From NCBI GenBank assembly GCA_963666055.2, contig CAXWPH010000015.1:1312001-1376000 (forward strand): a stretch of DNA of 64,000 nt. Direction: 5' to 3'. Shown piece after piece: positions 57,445 to 64,000 of this stretch (positions are counted from its first letter, which is position 1; each line of letters opens with the position of its first letter). Below the pieces are notes generated by a model. That model was not told where the DNA came from and did not search any database. It saw only the letters and a list, made by a program, of their open reading frames with translations. Made by a program: the position numbers and the translations under genes. This DNA is from Acidobacteriota bacterium (lineage in GTDB: Bacteria; Acidobacteriota; UBA890; WLXD01).

Positions 57445-57819
57445 CTAGTCGCTGTCCTCGCCCGCTGGCGTAGCAGGGTCTCTCAGCCGTGCGCCTATCA
57501 ACCCCCCGAGACACGCGGCTACAAGCCCGGAACCGAGGAAGGGCAAGTCGTCCCCAAAGAAGGTTCCGAATTGTCCAGAGGAAATCAGGCCGATCGTGAC
57601 GAGTAGCAGACCGGGCGCCACCACCCACAACCCCCATCTCCAAGTACCACCCGGCCACAGGGTGCCGAGGAGTAGCCCCGCAGCACCGAAAATGGCTGTT
57701 GAAATGAGGATGGCTGTGGCGAAAGACGGCGACTCCAATGGCAGATTGGCTGGCGCGAACGCCGCGAGGAGACCGAAGAAGACGGCGATCGCGTTGGCGT
57801 AGCGTGGCTGCTGGCTCAT
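57445..57819 (-). CDS. Four-TM hypothetical membrane protein
   Basis: Hydrophobic ORF with RBS. Confidence 0.65.
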   Translation of the reverse strand: MSQQPRYANAIAVFFGLLAAFAPANLPLESPSFATAILISTAIFGAAGLLLGTLWPGGTWRWGLWVVAPGLLLVTIGLISSGQFGTFFGDDLPFLGSGLVAACLGGLIGARLRDPATPAGEDSD

Positions 57820-58448
57820 TGGGACTTCCTCTGAGATGGTGATCGCCGTGTAATGAGGGATCGTATTGTGCCGTTTAACCAGAAACTAGTCCGTCCTGGT
57901 TAGCGCCCGGCGGGGTGAACCACCTAACAAGGGCTTGAAGCTGTCCCGAATAAACTGCGATAGGTCGGCCGGGGGCCGAGTCCCCGGCGGCCCCCTGGGG
58001 GGCAGGTCAGGAACCGATGTGAAACTCCGCTCGGGTCGCACGCCGACGGCCTCAGAGACTATCGGTGGAGGCGAGCGTCGAAGTGAAACACTACGCCTGG
58101 TCGCCCAGTTGCGAGCGCTGGGAGCCTGAGCGTCGCCATTGTCGCCGTCGCCGGGGAGGGATAGCTGACGCTGGGACGATTGGATGACATTCACCCTGAG
58201 CGGGGGTGTGTTCGTCCCCGGGTCAGTCCTCGATCTCGAAATAGTCCCGTAGCGCTCGCTGCACGTGCGCCGAACGATCGCCGAGCCGTGAACTTCACGG
58301 TGAGACCCCGTACAGTCCCGACTGCGCCGGGGTGTCGCTCAACACTGCAGGCGGCGTTACTCGATCACGTAGGCGGTGCCCGCGTTCAACAAGTTCGGGA
58401 TGTGCTGCAACGTTCATTCCGAGGCGCAACACGACAGGGGGTATGAGC

Positions 58449-58748
58449 ATGAGGATGATGTTGAAGGTCGCGATTCCGGTCGAGGCGGGGAATGCCGCCA
58501 TCGCCGATGGCTCGCTGCAGGGTACGGTGATGCAGTTCGTGGAGAAGATGCAGCCGGAGGCGTCGTACTTCCTCCCCGAGGATGGTATGCGCACGGCCCT
58601 GTTCTTCCTGAATATGGAGGATCCGTCCGACATACCGTCGGTCGCCGAGCCGTTCTTTATGAAGCTCAAGGCTAGTGTCACCCTGACGCCGGCGATGGAC
58701 CTGGCGGACATGCAGGCCGGTGTCCAGAAAGCGATGGCGGCAAGCTGA
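58449..58748 (+). CDS. Conserved small protein (DUF3303/GYD-like)
   Basis: MRMMLKV...GN.AI.DG...PEASYF...AEPFF...TPAM. Confidence 0.7.
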   Translation: MRMMLKVAIPVEAGNAAIADGSLQGTVMQFVEKMQPEASYFLPEDGMRTALFFLNMEDPSDIPSVAEPFFMKLKASVTLTPAMDLADMQAGVQKAMAAS

Positions 58749-58831
58749 GGGAATCGGGCGCGCCCGTGAACCGCAGCAGGCGAGGCGGGCCGATCGGCGT
58801 CACACAAAGAGCTCGGCAGGATCGGTGCTGT

Positions 58832-59267
58832 TTAGGGAAGTGCCATCGTGTAGCAGAGCGCCTCGCCATCGAGCACCAGCGTGCCGTCGTCCCGCACGAC
58901 GGTCGTGGCGAGCTTGGTGATCGGCTTGTCGTCGCGTACTGACAGCACTTCGACGTAGCCGGTGATCGCGTCCCCGGGCCTCACTGGGGCTTTGAAGTTC
59001 CAGTCACAGTGTAGGAAGACTGTCCCCGGGCCGGGAAGGTCCTCGGCGACGACGGCATTCAGGATGGCGCTGGTCACGCCGCCCTGGACGACTATCTCGC
59101 CGAACCGTGTCGCCTTTGCCGCCTCCTCATCGTAGTGGAGTGGGTTGCGGTCGCCGCTGATCTCGGTAAACAGCTCGATGTCTCGCGGCTGTACGAGGCG
59201 TGATCGCTCGGCCTTCTGCCCGACTTCGGGCTTCCCATGGGGGCCAGACTTCGGTCTTCGGGGTCAT
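58832..59267 (-). CDS. MaoC-like dehydratase (apparent +1 frameshift in a C5 run near 59240)
   Basis: ISGDRNPLHYD, VVQGG, LPGPG, FKAPVRPGD. Confidence 0.85.
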
Positions 59268-59361
59268 CGGTGCACGCTCCACGCCACTGTTCGGGATTAC
59301 ACGTAGGAGCAATCTCCGCCGAGCCCCGGAACAGCGCATATTTTGCTCTGATCTGGGCTGT

Positions 59362-59925
59362 CTACCTCGCGTCGATCGGCACCATCAGGTGTGCATACGG
59401 AGTATCCGGCCACATGACCCACGGGCCACCGTTGAGGTGATCGGTCGAAAAGCTGTCCAGCATCGAGCGATCCGGCAACAGGAACATCATGTGAGCGTGT
59501 AGATCGGTTACCCAATCTTCGGGGCCGGTCGCTTCGGTCGCGAACGGGTCGCTGTTGCTGACCGCCGTATCGCCCTGGAGCATGTAGGCGATTCCGAATT
59601 CTGAGTACGTGGGCTCAGTCCCGCTAACGTAAGCCTGCAGGAAGTTGAGCCACGGGCCGTTCACGCACCATGGATCCGTGCCGGGAGTATCGCGATCCGG
59701 CAGACAGGTCCAGCCGTTGGTACCCTCACGGACGACATTCAGATCCCAGTCCATGATTGTCGCGTCAGCTGCGATCGTTGCTGGCCCGGCGCTCTCGGCA
59801 CTGCGGATCAAGTCGTCTTGGGGCATTCCGGTCGGCTGGATCGACGGTTGGGCAGCGTCTTGGTCGCCGGAGCAGGCACTCGCTATGACCAGTGCGACTA
59901 GCACTCCGATCGTCTTCACATTCAT
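59362..59925 (-). CDS. Hypothetical lipoprotein
   Basis: RBS GAGGTG; lipobox ASAC; REGTNGWTC, YMLQGD, PYAHLMVP. Confidence 0.75.
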   Translation of the reverse strand: MNVKTIGVLVALVIASACSGDQDAAQPSIQPTGMPQDDLIRSAESAGPATIAADATIMDWDLNVVREGTNGWTCLPDRDTPGTDPWCVNGPWLNFLQAYVSGTEPTYSEFGIAYMLQGDTAVSNSDPFATEATGPEDWVTDLHAHMMFLLPDRSMLDSFSTDHLNGGPWVMWPDTPYAHLMVPIDAR

Positions 59926-60011
59926 ATTCACCTCTATGGAAAGGGTGTGTTCGAGAAGCCGGCTCCTCCTGGTCGATTGGGATGAAGTGGAGGCCAGAGC
60001 GGTGAGACGGG

Positions 60012-61468
60012 TCAGTGAATACTCTGAATCCCAGCGACAGGTGGCGCGGCGAATTCGACACCTCGCTCCGTGACGACGCCACGCTCGTGCAGACTGCAAT
60101 AGTAAATATGTCTCCCTGCACCCCATTTCGGGACGGGCATATGGACCATGTATTCGATGCCCAAGGTGAGCAGGAGCGGGATCTTCTTGTCCGCGTGCCA
60201 TCTTGCACCCATAGGTGAAACCCGGGGCGCCAGCATGCCCTTGCCAACCTGATGAAGGTCTAGGTGCACTTGGGTCTTTTCGGGGTCCAGGCTCGGGTCG
60301 AATCTGTCTCTGTCGATGTAGGCAAACCCGGCTTCTTCCAACTTGCCGATGATCCGCGCAAGGGCTTGGCGTCCTGTATCGCCGACCCTGATGTTCTTGC
60401 TAATGAGCTTGCGGACTCTCACGACTTCATCCCAGCTCCTTTGGACTTCTGGAGGCGGGCCGGTCTCGCCCTCACGGAGTACGTAGTAGGGGACCATGCC
60501 GCTCTGGAACATGTCGCCGTGCTGGAGGGGGAAATCTTCGAAGGCGCTTTCATCATGATCCCATTCGCGCGTCGAGAACCAGCTGCCCCCTACATCGCGC
60601 AAGGTGGTGACGCCGGGTACGATCTCTTGAAATGTCCTAGTCCGGCGCGGTAGGCCGGAGCCACCAAAGAGAACGATTTCGCCGGCGACACTGCTCGTGA
60701 GGTAGTCCAAGATCATGTTCTCAGCGGAGACCATTCGCTTGGCGTACTTGTCGCCCAACGCGCGAGACAAATGGAGGTGGTCCGCATAGGAAATACCGTC
60801 GGTGAGGGCGAGGGTATATGTCTCGGAGCCCTCGGCGAGTGACAGTTTCTCCGCGTAATTCACACCGATTCGCTTCGGGTCACGTTCGGCGACGAAATCT
60901 CCGAGCCCCATGAACCGGTAGCCCATCTCTGAGTGGGGAACGTCGTTCGGGTTCTCCCTGACGTAGTCCATAATCTCGTAATTCTCTTGATTAATGAACT
61001 TCGACTGGCCGCGGACGATGTCGAAGGCGCCGTCGTCATCAACCTCACCTTCAAAGACGACCCGCTCAATTCTGTCGCCGCCACGATCGGTAAAGACGAG
61101 GACGGCGGCATTGCTGCCGAATTCATAGCGAAGGGGGTCGGTGGAATCGATGTTGCTGTAATTGAGATCGAGGCTCTCTAGTCTTCTGAGCTCGTTTCCG
61201 CTAAAGGTCCAGGGCCGAATAATGTGAATCCACATGTCGACGCGTTCATCACGCATGACGCGGGGTAAAACCAAGTCGAATTTCTCCCGGCGAATGTGGT
61301 TCAGCATTTCTTTGGTCGCATAGGGGTTATCGTCGTCGAAGGCCCCGTAGTAGGTGTCGCTGATGCCGGGCAGGGCTTCAGGATTACGAGCTCGCGTTTG
61401 TGCGGTTGACACGTGTGCGAGGCACAGCAAAGAAAGAGGCTGCCAGCACAAGTCGTAATTCGGTCACC
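60012..61468 (-). CDS. Divergent M24 (Xaa-Pro aminopeptidase-like) protein, paralog 1
   Basis: LPRVMR...DMWI, DPKRIGVN, DLH, IEY..H.PVP.WG; the probable GTG start at 61468 needs an indel in the signal region. Confidence 0.7.
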
Positions 61469-61479
61469 GGCAATCTCCT

Positions 61480-62717
61480 GCTAGCGGATAATCAGAATCT
61501 CTTGTGTGGGTCGCGCCGGAAAGCTCGACGCCACGTTCGGTGACCATTGCTCCGTCGTGGAGGCAAATGTATAGGTGTTTTCCCTTGCCCCATTCCGGCA
61601 CGGGCATGTGGATCATGTATTCGAGGGCGAAGGTATGGTAGAGGGGAATCTTCAGATCGCGGCCCCAACCGGTTGGAGAAATCCTCGGCGCTTCCTCCTG
61701 TGAAACCATTCTTCCGAGCGCATGGAAGTCGATATGGACCTGCGTTTTCTCCGGGTCCGCGCTCGTGTCATATTGATCCTGATCGATGTAGTGGTATCCG
61801 GCTTGCTCGAGTTGCTCGATGAGGATGTCGAGTGTTTCGGCCCCTGTCCGACCTGCGACGATGTTTCTACGGAACAGTTCACGGGCTCGTAGGGCATGTC
61901 CCCATATACGCTGGATCTCCGGAGGGAGCCCCGTCTCGCCCTGGCGAAGGACGTAGCCGATGCCGCCGTTGTGCTCACTGAATTCCCGCATGTTCGCGTC
62001 GTGCAGTATCCCGACGAGATCGCCGGGTTGGACGACGTAATCGGTATTGTTTTCTTCGTTGCCGTCGAGGTCCCTGACGAATACATTACCGGCAATATCG
62101 CTCAATCGAGTTTCGCCGGGGACGATGCTTGCCAATGCGCTCTCTATGATGTTGGTGCTGTTTATGAGAAGGCGACCATAGAGGGCTACTTCGCTCATCA
62201 CCCTGCCGGCCAAGAAATCCGCTATCAAGTGGTCGGCTGGGACGACTCGATTACTGTATTCGCCGCCCAGTGCTTCAAGGACCCGTGTGCGATCCTCGGT
62301 CGAGATGGTGTCGAAACCGGAACCCTCTTCGGCGTAATTGAGGGCGATACGCCTGGGGTCACGGTCGGCGACGAATCGTCCCAAGTCACTTTCAGGGCCG
62401 AACACGTCATAGAGTTCACGGTCGGCTTGGCCGCCGAGGACAGCCCGCTCGATGCGCGCCTCACCGCGGTCGGTAAAGATATAGACGCCGGAATTGTCGC
62501 CGAGCTCGTAATTGAGGGGGTTCTTTCCTCTGATCACGTGGATCCACATGTCGATGCCGTTGCTCTTCATCGCTTGCGGGAGGACCAAGGCGAATTTCTC
62601 GCCACGAATGAGATTCATCAGGGCCGGAAACGCCTCGAGCTCTTGACGCTGGGCGTGGACTTCTTGGGCAACCAGAAGCATGCACAAGAGTGTGAGGACG
62701 TTCCGTACTCCATACAT
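61480..62717 (-). CDS. Divergent M24-like protein, paralog 2
   Basis: Same motifs; a +1 shift near the end hides the natural tail PTQEILIIR*. Confidence 0.72.
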
Positions 62718-62738
62718 GGTTGGCCTCTGTGCCTTAAA

Positions 62739-62883
62739 CAGGGTGCTGAAAAACTCTGGCGGGTCTGGCGCGTGGGTCTTGCTGGCGAGATCAAGGAAGA
62801 GCGACGATGGCGATGCCAGGGTGCATCGTCGAGGAGCTGTAACGCTGAGATCGCCAGCAACCCTCACGCGCCCGAAGGGTTAC
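62739..62883 (+). mobile_element. Variant structured MITE lacking the right TIR
   Basis: CAGGGTGCTGAAAAA start; shares GGGTCTGGCG..GGGTCTTGC..CAAGG..GCGATG..CATCGT..GAGGA..GCAACCC..CGCCCGAAGGGTTAC with the 39256 element. Confidence 0.7.
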
Positions 62884-62895
62884 GGCGTCGTGAAT

Positions 62896-64000
62896 CTATT
62901 GAATGATCTGAATCTTGGTGGATTGGTCGGGGTATGGAATCTCCATGCCACGGCTGGTGACGATGCCGCCATCGTGAAAAGCGGCAGACATCTGTTGCCC
63001 AGTGAAATTATTTCCACGAGACCATTCCGGCACGGGCATATAGATCATGTATTCGACGGCGAAGGTGTGAAACAGGCGGATTGTCGTGTTCCAGTGCCAT
63101 TTTGGTCCCATCGGCGAAATCCTGGGCGCGAGAATTCCCTTCCCTTCCGCATGCAAGTCGAGATGGACCTGGGTTCTGTCGGGGTGCGCGACGTATTTGT
63201 TGTATTCCTGGTAGTCCGTATACACGAACCCTGCGTCTTCCAGCTTTCGGGCGAGGAGATCGAGAGTCTCGCCACCCCGGTGCGGCCAACCTCGATGTTG
63301 TGCCGCAGGATGTCACGGACCCTTTTGTTATCCTCCCAGAAGTTCCGTATGTGCTGCGGTAAGTCGGTCTCGCCCTTCCGGAGCACGTAGGCTTGTCCCT
63401 CCCAATCACCAATGAGATCGCCGCGCTGAATCACATAGTCGTCGCCTCTTCGTTCATCTCCATCCTTGTTGATTACCGAGCCAACATCGATATCGCCGAG
63501 CGTGGTGACGCCGGGCACAATATTGGCGAATCTTCTGCCGCTCTCGCGTCGAAGGCCCGAAGTGCCGTAGAGAACTACTTCGCTGGCGACCCTTCTTGAT
63601 AAGTAGTCGAGGATGAGGTGTTCTGCTGAGACCATTCTCTTGGAGTAGATGTCGCCTAACGATTTGGATATCTGGACGTAGTCGGTGTATGAAATACCGT
63701 CACCGAGCGCCATGGTAAAAGTCTCGGAGCCCTCGGCAAACGAGAGTGTTTCGAGGTAGTTCACGGCGATGCGCTTTGGGTTCCGTTCAGCAACGAACCC
63801 GTAGAGGCCCTCGAATCTGAAGTCCAATTCCGACGCGTACTCGTCGCCGGGATTGTCGACGGCGTAATTCATGAACTCATAGTCTTGCTGACTGAGATAC
63901 TTGTATTTCTCGCCGACGATGTCGTAGGCGTCCGGATCTTGGACCTCACCCTGGAAAACGACCCGCTCGATCTGATCGCTGCCGCGATCGGTAAATATGA
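62896..64000 (-). CDS. Divergent M24-like protein, paralog 3 (5' end outside window; frameshift near 63240-63280)
   Basis: Two overlapping ORFs each align to paralog 1. Confidence 0.7.

Noticed and set aside
42960-63280. Programmed frameshifting or phase variation in the sulfatase, MaoC and M24-like genes
   Set aside because: Scattered single indels, some in short homopolymers, are more simply explained by sequencing error or decay; this cannot be resolved without reads.
1-64000. CRISPR array, rRNA, reverse transcriptase/DGR or complete integron
   Set aside because: No regularly spaced repeats, cas, RT or intI genes were seen; kinase repeats show no adenine-specific variation.

Overview
This is a GC-rich bacterial accessory region, probably from an Acidobacteriota-like host (inferred from the [12 protein letters not shown]-type Ser/Thr kinase family). 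It is a mosaic genomic island anchored on tRNA-Arg(TCT) at 2471-2544 (-). The 5' half of that tRNA (39 bp) recurs at 7885 and 45072, and a tyrosine-integrase remnant sits beside the last copy. The cargo is about 40 mostly secreted or Tat-exported catabolic genes of uneven base composition. They include three spermidine-dehydrogenase-like flavoproteins, two sulfatases, M24 and S9 peptidases, PQQ-like/LVIVD/BNR beta-propellers, a Tat-signal Rieske oxygenase, a three-domain RidA, a GMC oxidoreductase, SelO, IlvA and toxin-antitoxin pairs. The most unusual signal is that junctions between cargo blocks repeatedly consist of pieces of one gene family, the Hanks-type kinase/TolB-propeller genes. There are about 12 remnants, plus one intact and one window-truncated gene. 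Four copies of the kinase promoter and start share identical spacing, and three of them now precede unrelated cargo. One kinase at 54220-50558 appears gutted, with its pieces still collinear. This suggests kinase paralogs act as a homology scaffold and promoter donor for gene capture; chimeric assembly must be excluded. Also seen: a CTAG-targeting structured MITE family with compensatory base changes, a candidate selenoprotein gene, and several single-base frameshifts that may be sequencing errors.
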